Source of the DNA: Candidatus Poribacteria bacterium
Lineage (GTDB): Bacteria; Poribacteria; WGA-4E; PCPOR2b
Length of the DNA: 64,000 bases
Direction: 5' to 3'
NCBI GenBank assembly: GCA_965208675.1
Contig: OZ242351.1
Coordinates: 4,032,001-4,096,000, forward strand
The position numbers and the translations under genes were made by a program. The first letter of the stretch is position 1, and each line of letters opens with the position of its first letter. Shown one piece after another: positions 19,768 to 29,182 of the stretch. The notes below the pieces were generated by a model. The model saw only the letters and a program-made list of their open reading frames with translations, had not been told where the DNA came from and did no database searches.

Positions 19768-21177
19768 TTGGAGGCGGAGTTTATCAAAAATCCCTCTCGT
19801 GCTTATGAAGTTCACAAGGGGGATTTCTCACGGGAATTTGTCGAAAAAATATCCAGCGAGCAGGACGAACCGCAATGGATGCGTGCGCGTCGATTGGATG
19901 CTTATAAACGCTACCAAAGCCTGCCGATGCCTCATACTACCTCCGATGATGTGTGGCGCCGGACAGCAGGTATGAGCACCCAAGATTATTGGCGTCGAAC
20001 AGCGAGAAATATGCGGGCGTTGAAGTTAGAGGCGTATCAACCCGTTTCACTCGCCCCTAACGGGAAATTGATGCCATCGGACCCCGTTTTGCCCAACACC
20101 CGCGCCGCGCAGGTTAAATCGAACGGGGCATCAGGAGTAATAGCCTTACAAGATGGCCGCGTTGTAGAACACGCGCTATCGGAAGAACTCGTACGCAAAG
20201 AGGTGTACTTTGCGGACATTAATACCGCGTTGCAGGAACGTCCGGATTTCGTCCGCTCATATTTCATGACCAAAGCCGTGACGGTAGACTGGAATAGCTT
20301 CGATGCGCTGCACGGAGCATTCTGGCAAGGCGGATTTCTGCTGCATGTTCCCAAGGACGTTGTCGTCGAAATTCCGATGCGTGTTTTTATCACGTTGGCT
20401 GAGGCGCATCGTGCGGATCTCGCGCATTCAATTATTGTCGCTGACGATTCAAGTCAGATTACAATTGTGGAGGAGCAGCTATCAGCTGACGCTGCAACGC
20501 CCGGATTGCATTGCGGGGCAGTTGAAATTTTTGTCGGACGAAACGCACAAGTGAATTACGCACAGGTACAGCGCTGGAATCACCAAGTTTGGAACTTTTC
20601 AAGTCAACGCGCAATTGTCGATAGAGATGCTGAATTGCGTTGGATTACAGGTGCTTTAGGCAGCCGCCTAAGCAAATTGAACCAAGTTTCCGTGCTTGAG
20701 GGTGCCGGTTGTCGTGTTGATATGCTCGGACTCACGTTCACCCATGCTCGCCAACACATTGATATTCATACATATCAAGAGCATAAAGCCCCCCATACTA
20801 CCAGCGACTTGCTCTACAAATCTGTGCTCAAGAATCAATCGCAAACAGTATGGAGCGGTATGATTTACGTACACCCGGAAGGGCAGCATACTGATGCGTA
20901 TCAAAAGAATGATAATTTGGTATTGAACAAACGCGCCCATGCGGACACGATTCCCGGCTTAGAGATTAAGGCTAACGAGGTGCGTTGCACCCACGGTGCA
21001 ACAGCTGGCTCCATTGATAGAGAACAGGTGTTCTACCTCATGAGCCGAGGGTTATCGTATGATCAGGCTGAAAAGATGATTGTCGCTGGCTTTTTTGAGC
21101 CGGCAATCGGAAGAATCCCGTTGGAATCTGTCCGTAAGCAATTGCAGCAATCTGTGACGGACAAGCTCGCAGTTTAG
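19768..21177 (+). CDS. sufD: Fe-S cluster assembly protein SufD
   Basis: [25 protein letters not shown]; TTG start after AGGAG. Confidence 0.93.
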   Translation: MEAEFIKNPSRAYEVHKGDFSREFVEKISSEQDEPQWMRARRLDAYKRYQSLPMPHTTSDDVWRRTAGMSTQDYWRRTARNMRALKLEAYQPVSLAPNGKLMPSDPVLPNTRAAQVKSNGASGVIALQDGRVVEHALSEELVRKEVYFADINTALQERPDFVRSYFMTKAVTVDWNSFDALHGAFWQGGFLLHVPKDVVVEIPMRVFITLAEAHRADLAHSIIVADDSSQITIVEEQLSADAATPGLHCGAVEIFVGRNAQVNYAQVQRWNHQVWNFSSQRAIVDRDAELRWITGALGSRLSKLNQVSVLEGAGCRVDMLGLTFTHARQHIDIHTYQEHKAPHTTSDLLYKSVLKNQSQTVWSGMIYVHPEGQHTDAYQKNDNLVLNKRAHADTIPGLEIKANEVRCTHGATAGSIDREQVFYLMSRGLSYDQAEKMIVAGFFEPAIGRIPLESVRKQLQQSVTDKLAV

Positions 21178-21251
21178 AGATTAGGCATTGGGTATTTGAC
21201 CCGCCGCCAAATACAATTAGCTAATTTTCAATAAAGAAAGGAAACAAAAAA

Positions 21252-21632
21252 ATGAGTCAACCGAAGATAACCGCCTATATGAAACCCGTCTGTGGTTGGA
21301 GCAATGGCGTTCGTGCGATTTTCCAGAAATACGGTTTAGAGTACGAAGACAGAGACATCATCAACAACGCTGACAACTATAGAGAAATGGTGGAGAAGAG
21401 CGGGCAGCCTCTACAGCCAACGATTGAGATTGATGGTGCCATCATCGCCGATGTGAGCGGCGATGAAGTCGAAGCATATCTCCTTGAAAATGGATTTGTA
21501 CAGCCGAGCGATGATGACGTCGGTGTGCCAACGGATCAAGCGTGCGCTGATCACGGTGACGTCACGGTAAACATCGATCAGCCGCAAAGTAGATTGTCAA
21601 AGTGGGCAAGCAACTTTCTGTCAAAGTCCTGA
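21252..21632 (+). CDS. glutaredoxin-like protein with CGWS motif
   Basis: YMKPVCGWS...SGQPLQPTIEIDG. Confidence 0.85.
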   Translation: MSQPKITAYMKPVCGWSNGVRAIFQKYGLEYEDRDIINNADNYREMVEKSGQPLQPTIEIDGAIIADVSGDEVEAYLLENGFVQPSDDDVGVPTDQACADHGDVTVNIDQPQSRLSKWASNFLSKS

Positions 21633-21638
21633 TGTCTG

Positions 21639-21711
21639 CACCTATCGTAGGGAGGGCATCTTCCCCGCGGTAGAACGACACTTATCGTAAGCGGGGCATC
21701 TTGCCCCGCGG
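21639..21711. repeat. direct doublet of GCGGGGCATCTTGCCCCGC-type REP-like units
   Basis: CACCTATCGTAGGGAGGGCATCTTCCCCGCGG vs CACTTATCGTAAGCGGGGCATCTTGCCCCGCGG, 40-nt period. Confidence 0.7.
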
Positions 21712-21777
21712 ATTGTAGTTGTGCGATTGATAGGGCGTCGTTGGGCATGCGCGGACGCTGCACAATAGTTGATACTT

Positions 21778-21811
21778 GTAGGTTGGGTTATGACTGCTCG
21801 CAAAACCCGAC
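21778..21811. repeat. GTAG-type REP-like unit
   Basis: GTAGGTTGGGTT...AACCCGAC, same family as the unit at 10210. Confidence 0.6.
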
Positions 21812-22139
21812 TTTTTTCTTAATCACGGGGAATGTCCCAAAAACGAAATGCCCGATTTTAGGGCACAAAAGGGCACTTTCAGACACACTCCGGCCGACTC
21901 GTTGCGAAAAACACCAAACACGCCGCGGACCTAGTGTTTGACGTGATTCTGAAGCCATAGGAGATTCTGAAATTAAGCGAAATCTTGTCGCCGGGAAAAA
22001 GTGTCCCCAAAAATTTAGTCGCTCGGTGGGGACACGTTTGGGAACTGCGAAAAGCGATGTACTTAGGTTAGGTTGGAATGTGCGTAATCCATATACACAA
22101 TCGGGCAACCGCAATCGGTTATCGTAATTGGAGGTGTGC

Positions 22140-23387
22140 ATGAATGGTGCGTTTCGTCCGCTGGATGTGGAAGCTATCCGCGGCGACTTCCCCATTCTAA
22201 AACAAGAAATCGATCCGCCGTTAATTTATCTGGATAGTGCTGCTTCTTCTCAGAAGCCGAATCGTGTTATTGAGGTATTGAGTGATTATTATCGCACCTA
22301 TAACGCAAATATCCATCGTGGCATCTATCGAATTTCTGAGAAAGCCACCGAACAGTACGAAGAGGCGCGGAAGAAGATTGCTCGTTTTATTAACTCACCG
22401 CGCGCTTGCCAGATTATCTTTACACGGAACACAACGGAATCGATAAATCTTGTCGCCAATAGCTGGGGAAACGCGAACCTGCGGGCCGGGGATGAAATTC
22501 TTGTCTCTGTAATGGAACATCATAGCAACCTGGTTCCATGGCAACTGCTCGCTCAACGGACAGGAGCTAGGCTTCAGTACATTGATGTTACCGATGACGG
22601 GTTTTTGCATTTAGAGGAATTGGATCGGTTGTTGACCGAACGCACCAAACTTGTTGCGGTAACTCACGTGTCTAATGTTCTCGGCACGGTCAATCCTGTT
22701 CAATCAATCACTGCCGCGGCACATGCAGTTGGTGCAAAAGTCATCATTGATGCAGCTCAAAGCGTTCCGCATTTGCCAGTTGATGTGCAAGCTATCGATT
22801 GCGATTTCTTCGCTTTCTCAGGGCATAAAATGTGCGGCCCCACCGGAATTGGTGTACTCTTTGGAAAATTGGACCTGCTAGAAGAGATGCCGCCGTTTTT
22901 GGGCGGCGGTTCGATGATTCGCACCGTCCAACGTGAACACTCAACTTACGCTGATTTGCCTCAAAAATTTGAAGCGGGCACACCGAGCATTGCTCAAACA
23001 ATTGGACTTGGCGCCGCCGTAGACTATCTCAACGACGTTGGACTTGATGCAATACACCCGCACGAGCAAGAACTTCTTGAGTATGCACACCAGAAATTGA
23101 GCGAAATTGAGGGAATAACAATCTATGGCCCTAAACCGCGGCATAAAGCTGGTGCGGTCACCTTTAATTTAGATCGCATCCATGCACACGATGTAGCCGG
23201 TATATTAGATCAGGACGGAGTTGCAATTCGAGCCGGCCATCACTGTACTCAACCCCTAATGCAAAAATTCGGTGTCATCGCAACCGCTCGCGCGAGTTTT
23301 TATCTCTACAATAAACTTGAGGAGGTTGATAGCCTCTATGAAGGACTTCTAAAAGCGCAAAAGATACTGATACGGAGACGAGGATGA
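22140..23387 (+). CDS. sufS: cysteine desulfurase SufS
   Basis: YLDSAASSQKP, EHHSNLVPW, FSGHKMCGPTG, RAGHHC. Confidence 0.96.
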   Translation: MNGAFRPLDVEAIRGDFPILKQEIDPPLIYLDSAASSQKPNRVIEVLSDYYRTYNANIHRGIYRISEKATEQYEEARKKIARFINSPRACQIIFTRNTTESINLVANSWGNANLRAGDEILVSVMEHHSNLVPWQLLAQRTGARLQYIDVTDDGFLHLEELDRLLTERTKLVAVTHVSNVLGTVNPVQSITAAAHAVGAKVIIDAAQSVPHLPVDVQAIDCDFFAFSGHKMCGPTGIGVLFGKLDLLEEMPPFLGGGSMIRTVQREHSTYADLPQKFEAGTPSIAQTIGLGAAVDYLNDVGLDAIHPHEQELLEYAHQKLSEIEGITIYGPKPRHKAGAVTFNLDRIHAHDVAGILDQDGVAIRAGHHCTQPLMQKFGVIATARASFYLYNKLEEVDSLYEGLLKAQKILIRRRG

Positions 23388-23776
23388 ATATCTACGAAGA
23401 AGATATTCTGGATCACTACGAGAATCCAAGCAACTACGGAACTCTTGAGAATCCCGATATCTCTTACGAAGAAGACAACCCGTTATGCGGGGACAGGATT
23501 CAGATGGATTTGACCGTCAAAGACGGTGTTATCGTGGATGTTGGATGGCGGGGGCATGGTTGTACGATTAGCCAGGCGGCAGCTTCGATGCTAACCGAAC
23601 GAATCAAAGGACAATGTTTGGAAGACATAAAAAAGTTGAACAAAGACGACCAATTGGATATGCTTGGCATTCCTCTAGGGCCCGTCCGCCTCAAATGTGG
23701 ACTGTTAGCGTTGAAGGTGCTAAAAGCAGGCGCTTATGGGCTGAAAGGATGGCCGGGAGAGGAGGACGAGACGTAG
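23384..23776 (+). CDS. sufU: SufU/NifU-like sulfur transfer protein
   Basis: ILDHYENP, NPLCGD, GCTISQAAAS, RLKC; 4-bp overlap with sufS. Confidence 0.93.
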   Translation: MNIYEEDILDHYENPSNYGTLENPDISYEEDNPLCGDRIQMDLTVKDGVIVDVGWRGHGCTISQAAASMLTERIKGQCLEDIKKLNKDDQLDMLGIPLGPVRLKCGLLALKVLKAGAYGLKGWPGEEDET

Positions 23777-23791
23777 GGAGGACATGGGTTA

Positions 23792-24103
23792 ATGAACCAG
23801 TATTTAAAGGTGGCCGAGGTCAGTGAACTGCCGCTAGGTGGAAAGAAGTTAGTTGAAGTAGATGGCCTTCCAGTGGCGATTTTCAATGTGGATGGTGATT
23901 TTTATGCTATTGAGGACGTTTGTACCCACGATGGAGGTCCGCTCGCCGAGGGTGAGTTGAAAGGCGATGAGGTGGAATGTCCTAGGCACGGGGCGCGTTT
24001 TAGCGTTCGGACGGGAGAAGCCCTCTGTATGCCGGCCGTTGAACCAATAGAATGTTATAAAGTCAAAATTGAAGGAGACAATATCCTTGTGTGCGTCGAT
24101 TAA
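23792..24103 (+). CDS. Rieske-type ferredoxin
   Basis: CTHDGGPL...ECPRHGARF. Confidence 0.93.
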   Translation: MNQYLKVAEVSELPLGGKKLVEVDGLPVAIFNVDGDFYAIEDVCTHDGGPLAEGELKGDEVECPRHGARFSVRTGEALCMPAVEPIECYKVKIEGDNILVCVD

Positions 24104-24199
24104 AAAGACGGTGACCAGTGACTTGTTGATGATGTCCCGTTTTTCACGGACCGCTTGGCACTGCTTTTTGCTCTCCACTGCCTTCGAAAGGAGATTCTG

Positions 24200-24499
24200 A
24201 TGGTCACAGAAGAAACGGTTTTTGACACCTTAAAGGAAATCATTGACCCAGAAATTGGCATAAACATTGTGGATATGGGCTTAATTTACGGTGTTGACAT
24301 CCAAGACAATACTGCTAACATCACCATGACCTTAACAAGCCCCGGTTGTCCGGCCGGTGGTCAAATAATCAATGGCGCACAGCATCTTGTTGAGCAGCTT
24401 GATGGGATTGACGATACCAACATCAACGTCGTTTGGACTCCTCGCTGGACACCTGAGATGATGAGCGAAGAAGCGAAAGATGAGTTAGGGATTTTTTAG
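24200..24499 (+). CDS. DUF59/SufT-like metal-sulfur cluster assembly factor
   Basis: IIDPEIGINIVDMGLIY, MTLTSPGCP, WTPRWTPEMM; AAGGAG RBS. Confidence 0.92.
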   Translation: MVTEETVFDTLKEIIDPEIGINIVDMGLIYGVDIQDNTANITMTLTSPGCPAGGQIINGAQHLVEQLDGIDDTNINVVWTPRWTPEMMSEEAKDELGIF

Positions 24500-24520
24500 G
24501 ACCAAGCGAACAAACAGGGA

Positions 24521-24544
24521 GGATCGACTTAGCGGATAGCGAAG
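24521..24544 (+). repeat. dispersed 24-nt intergenic repeat, copy 2
   Basis: GGATCGACTTAGCGGATAGCGAAG. Confidence 0.65.
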
Positions 24545-24570
24545 CGGCAGTCTTAAGAGGTTAAACCGTA

Positions 24571-24957
24571 ATGTGTAATTCCCGTTCATCTGCCGAACAA
24601 AAGCAACCCAAAACTCTTAGAAAAGTCAGTGATACAACTTTCCTGATCGTTTGGAAAGATGGACACGAAAGCAAATATCCCATCCTTTATCTCAGGCGTT
24701 TATGCCCTTGTGCGGGTTGCGCAATGAAACGGCATGGCGGGCAAGACGTTCACTCCATATTTGGTCCAAGCGGATTCGGCGATACTTCTCGGCTTGTCGT
24801 ACCACATGATATTCGTGCAGTCGACATTCAGCTAGTTGGTCGGTACGCAATCCAGTTTGCGTGGAGCGACGGTCATTCGACCGGCATTTATTCCTTTGAG
24901 ACCCTGCGAGAAATATGTCCGTGTGCAAAATGTGCTGCATTATGGAATACCGAATGA
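24571..24957 (+). CDS. DUF971 / GBBH-like N-terminal domain protein
   Basis: WKDGH...LRRLCPCAGC...VGRYAIQFAWSDGHSTGIYSFETLR. Confidence 0.88.
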   Translation: MCNSRSSAEQKQPKTLRKVSDTTFLIVWKDGHESKYPILYLRRLCPCAGCAMKRHGGQDVHSIFGPSGFGDTSRLVVPHDIRAVDIQLVGRYAIQFAWSDGHSTGIYSFETLREICPCAKCAALWNTE

Positions 24958-25003
24958 AACCTCCCGATAATCAACCAAATTTCAGGCTGGCTATAGGATA
25001 GGA

Positions 25004-26629
25004 ATGAAGGGTGGAGATATTCTCATTGAATGTCTGAAAGCGCAGGGAGTACGCTGCATTTTCGGCATGCCGGGCACCCAAAACATACAGATATATGATT
25101 CCCTTTTGCGCCGTGGTACAGGCATTGAACACTTTCTCGTACGCCACGAATATTCTGCAACCCATATGGCGGACGGTTTTGCCCGCTCCACCGGCGAAGT
25201 TGGAGTTGCTTTGACAGTACCCGGTCCAGGCGCGAGCAACGCCTCAACCGGCATATTAGAGGCATTTACCGATTGTGTTCCTGTGCTGCTCATCACCGGC
25301 CAAAGTGACTCGAAATTTTACACAAAACATCCAAGCAAGATGTTTCACGGCTTGGATCAGATGCAATTCTTCAAGCCTATAACGAAGTATTGTGGAATCC
25401 CGAAGACGGTCGAAGAGGTTCCCGTTGTCGTCGAAAATGCTTTCCGGGCAATGCAATCCGGTCGTCCTGGTCCCGCTGTGCTGGAATTCCCCATGGACAT
25501 CATCACCGGAACGGGGAATGTGACTGTCCCACCGAGAGTCAAACCGCCCCCGGTTCCCCCGCCAGACGCCGCCGACATCAAATTAGCAGCGAAAACACTC
25601 AATCGGGCAAAAATGCCCATCTTATTTGTTGGGTCCGCTCTTGTTCACGCTGATGCACGTAAGGAATTGCGGCAGCTCGCCGAGAAACTCAATGTTCCTG
25701 TAATCGTCACGCGATGTGCAAAGGGGGCACTGCCCGAAGATCACCCTCTGGCATTGAGGAATAGTAACGGTTATCTCGCGCGTCAAGGCATGCAAATCGC
25801 AGATTGTACCCTCGCAATTGGACCGCGCTTTACCTCGATTGATACAAGGGACTGGAGTTTCGAACCGTCGCGTCCGCTAATTCAGATTGATCCGGATGAC
25901 ACTGAAATAGGGCGAGAATATCCTTGCGACGTTAACGTCGTCGGCGATCTCAAATTGACGTTGCAATCGTTAATCGAGGAAGTTGAGGTTGGCAGTGGCC
26001 ATTGGAATAAGCCGCTGCATCGGCTTCGTCAAAAATTTGCGGCTCAACCGCCCATGCCCCTGCTGGCGGAAATCCGAAACGTACTTCCAAACGATGCAAT
26101 CCTTTCAGTCGATGTCCACTCGATAGGATACGCTTCATTTGCCGAGTATCCCATCTACCAACCCCATGAATTCCTATATCCCTGTATCGGCATCGCGTTG
26201 GGTTACGCATTTCCTGCGGCGATTGGGGCTAAAATCGCGCATCCGGATAAACCCGTCGTGTGCTTTAGTGGAGATGGCGGGTTCATGATGGGCGCTGGTG
26301 AGTTGGCAACAGCAATGATGTACGGAATCAATGTTGTGGCGATTGTTGTGAACGATAATGCTTTGACGGCAATTAAGGGTTCGCAGAGGCAGAGCTGCAA
26401 CGGACGAACAATTGATACAGATTTGTTGAATCCTGATTTTGCCCAGTTTGCTAGCTCATTCGGCGCGTATGCCGTTAGGGTGAATAACCCAGCTGATTTC
26501 AAAAGTGTTCTACAAGATGCACTCGCAATGAATACTCCTGCCTTAATCGAAGTTCCTATGGAAGATAAGCAAGAAGAACTCATCAGCTCAATTGGTTGGA
26601 TGCAGCCGCAACCGTTGTTGCGGAAATAG
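25004..26629 (+). CDS. thiamine pyrophosphate-binding protein (acetolactate synthase-like)
   Basis: FGMPG, RHE...MADGFAR, PGPG, GDGGFMM...NDN. Confidence 0.92.
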   Translation: MKGGDILIECLKAQGVRCIFGMPGTQNIQIYDSLLRRGTGIEHFLVRHEYSATHMADGFARSTGEVGVALTVPGPGASNASTGILEAFTDCVPVLLITGQSDSKFYTKHPSKMFHGLDQMQFFKPITKYCGIPKTVEEVPVVVENAFRAMQSGRPGPAVLEFPMDIITGTGNVTVPPRVKPPPVPPPDAADIKLAAKTLNRAKMPILFVGSALVHADARKELRQLAEKLNVPVIVTRCAKGALPEDHPLALRNSNGYLARQGMQIADCTLAIGPRFTSIDTRDWSFEPSRPLIQIDPDDTEIGREYPCDVNVVGDLKLTLQSLIEEVEVGSGHWNKPLHRLRQKFAAQPPMPLLAEIRNVLPNDAILSVDVHSIGYASFAEYPIYQPHEFLYPCIGIALGYAFPAAIGAKIAHPDKPVVCFSGDGGFMMGAGELATAMMYGINVVAIVVNDNALTAIKGSQRQSCNGRTIDTDLLNPDFAQFASSFGAYAVRVNNPADFKSVLQDALAMNTPALIEVPMEDKQEELISSIGWMQPQPLLRK

Positions 26630-26668
26630 GCGAAGCAGGATTGGAAACACTTCGCAGAGCCGAAATCA

Positions 26669-27352
26669 ATGTCAAAAATTCGCGCCGTGCTATTTGATTT
26701 TGGAGGCACGCTAGACGGAAATGGAATTCACTGGCGTGAGCGAACCTATCGATTCATCCGTAGTCGCCATCCCGAAATCAATCGAATGGAATTTGATCAC
26801 GCCGATCGCGCCTCCGTTGAACAATTCATCGCGGATGGCAACGCGCCAACGCTGAATCTCCGCGAGTCTGCAGATGCGATTGCCACAGGAATTTATGAAC
26901 GGCTCGGATTGAAGCTGGCGGAGAAAAATCGATATATCGACCATTTCTGTCTCGGTGCAGCGGAAAGCCTCGATATAAACCGGCGATGGCTCACAACCCT
27001 CAAAAGCAGATATCAACTCGGCGTTATCAGCAATAACTTTGGAAATGCACTGGCTTGGTGTAATGAATTTGGTCTTTCTCCGCTGCTTGATGTCGTAATA
27101 GATTCAACTGTTGTTGGAGTTTGGAAACCAGAACCAGAAATTTTCCGCGCCGCATTGTTTGCGCTGGAGGTTTCGCCCCACGAGGCAATCTATGTTGGAG
27201 ATTCGTATTCGCACGATGTCAGTGGCGCTAAGGGAGTGGGGATGTTGACGGCGTGGTTGGTTGGTGAGGAAGAGAAGGTATGTCCTGACCCTTCAATTGT
27301 CGATGTGCGACTGGCTAAAGTTCAAGACCTGGAACGGTTTCTCTCGAAATGA
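26669..27352 (+). CDS. HAD family hydrolase
   Basis: FDFGGTLD, KPEPEIF, YVGDSYSHDV. Confidence 0.9.
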   Translation: MSKIRAVLFDFGGTLDGNGIHWRERTYRFIRSRHPEINRMEFDHADRASVEQFIADGNAPTLNLRESADAIATGIYERLGLKLAEKNRYIDHFCLGAAESLDINRRWLTTLKSRYQLGVISNNFGNALAWCNEFGLSPLLDVVIDSTVVGVWKPEPEIFRAALFALEVSPHEAIYVGDSYSHDVSGAKGVGMLTAWLVGEEEKVCPDPSIVDVRLAKVQDLERFLSK

Positions 27353-27658
27353 CGAATTCAGACGTATGGAATGCTTTGAGCGTTAGATGAAGTATGTCTT
27401 TATGTGTTATGGACGGGGTTAGAATTCTGACGTCACAAGGTTGCCGATTTAGCGGTCACATAGTCCATTCACCTACGAGCCCATCCGCGGTATGCTTGCT
27501 AGGTTTGTTGAAACGTCATTATAGGTTGATTTGGCGGAGGCAGACCCTTGCCAGGTGTTTTCCGCCGGACCAATGTTGTCCCCGACTATTGTCTCGTATG
27601 CCTAAACTTCAGCAACAATATTTGCAAGCCTCACCAAAAGAATAGACGAAGACTTCTG

Positions 27659-28735
27659 CTATCCCCCCGGTATTGGGAACCACAACCCGCCTGTCTGGTT
27701 TACCAAGTATTTTTGCCATTTGTCATCGACGCCAATGACGTCCATCTTAATCTGTGCCGCACGGCAGCGATTCAATACATCAGAGATAGTGTAAGTTCCC
27801 TTACACGGTTCATCGGTAATGAGAATGAATCGTCGTTCAGCCGCCGAACGGAATTTTACCTTTGAAATTGACTTGACAATGGCATTGTAAGCGCGCTCAT
27901 CGCCGCCGCATTTGACATTTTCGAGTAAGCGTTCAAACTTCTGATAATCCCGCGTCTGGGGAAATATCAGGGAATCATATTTGAACTTGACAATTCCCAT
28001 CTTGAAGTCAATGTGTTTTTCTCGAAAAATCTTCACCATGCTTATAAGATGATTTCCCACAGCTCGGATGTTCTCTTCCATGCTGCCGCTCGTATCCAGT
28101 AAAAACACGATATCCGATGTTGATGTAGTAGTTCCACTCGCAATGTTTCCAGCAATCGTCTGCAGCGCACTTCCAATTTGAGCATCGCGGCTAATGTGTT
28201 TTGTGGGATGGTACTGAACATCCTTTGGCGATTGAGCAATGTTGTCATGAGGCAAATTCTTCTCAATCTCTAAGGTGTGTGACGTTGGCTGTCGTGCCAA
28301 GACTTTGACAGGATTGACAATCTGTTCCCGTAAATATGATTCCTCTCGCGGTAGATTGGTGAGATCAGTATCTGATTTTGGCAATGCCACTTTCGTTTGA
28401 ATTGGTAGCGCCGCCGTCAGATATGCTTGTTCACCCCGAACTATCTGTTCTCTTCTAACCCGAGAATTCGATTGAGGAACAGAAGGAACCGGCATCGCTA
28501 AGTTTGGGGTTTGTGTGTTCGTAGTTGAGATGCGGCTTTTCAAGCGCGGTGCATAAGAAGGCTGAAGGATTTCGACCACAGTTGGTTCAGCAACAATCGG
28601 TTCCGGTATCGGAGGTGCGGATTGAAACCATCTCGGCAAATTTAAATTCATCATCAACGTAACAATTATGTGCAAAAATATAGATATTACGAATGAATTA
28701 TGCACTCGCTGTTTGGATGGTGTTCGGTTATACAT
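27659..28735 (-). CDS. membrane-anchored VWA domain protein
   Basis: N-terminal TM (SIFLHIIV), Pro-rich linker, DIVFLLDTSGSM MIDAS, LITDE; start at ATG 28735 chosen. Confidence 0.82.
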   Translation of the reverse strand: MYNRTPSKQRVHNSFVISIFLHIIVTLMMNLNLPRWFQSAPPIPEPIVAEPTVVEILQPSYAPRLKSRISTTNTQTPNLAMPVPSVPQSNSRVRREQIVRGEQAYLTAALPIQTKVALPKSDTDLTNLPREESYLREQIVNPVKVLARQPTSHTLEIEKNLPHDNIAQSPKDVQYHPTKHISRDAQIGSALQTIAGNIASGTTTSTSDIVFLLDTSGSMEENIRAVGNHLISMVKIFREKHIDFKMGIVKFKYDSLIFPQTRDYQKFERLLENVKCGGDERAYNAIVKSISKVKFRSAAERRFILITDEPCKGTYTISDVLNRCRAAQIKMDVIGVDDKWQKYLVNQTGGLWFPIPGG

Positions 28736-29098
28736 ATCAGATTCCGTGTGCGCAAAAATAAGGCATGAAAGATAACGCCAGAAAGCGATAGTGGGTTCGG
28801 TATTAACTGCCCAATATCTACCTGATACCCAATCTACCTTTCCATACATAGGGTGTTTAGAAACCTTTATGGTTTCGGTTTCATGGAAAACACGCAAATT
28901 TTTCGCGGAGGGGTTATCTATTGTCAAATTCCGGCTTCGTTACAATGGAAATTTATCATAAATAGTCCTATATGTCAAAGGTGTTTTTCACACACAAGCA
29001 CTGCTAAGAAAAGTCAACTCTCCTGCCTATAAAGACCGTTGAAATCAAGCCATTTAAGCAACGAACGATTGGTATTTTGCGTGCGGATTAAGATACAC

Positions 29099-29128
29099 TT
29101 GCGAGTAAAGATACAAGTGTGTTACAAT
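29099..29128 (+). promoter_or_regulatory. promoter of HNH-rnpA cluster
   Basis: TTGCGA-18 bp-TACAAT with extended TG. Confidence 0.5.
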
Positions 29129-29182
29129 AACACCACTATAAGGTCGGTTGAGAAGGTTCAGTTTTTATAAGAGGATTCGCTT

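Noticed and set aside
27394-27650. Possible ncRNA (6S/SRP-like) or small ORF between convergent genes
   Set aside because: Some pairing (GGCGGA/TCCGCC) but no diagnostic motif; cannot be supported without an Infernal search
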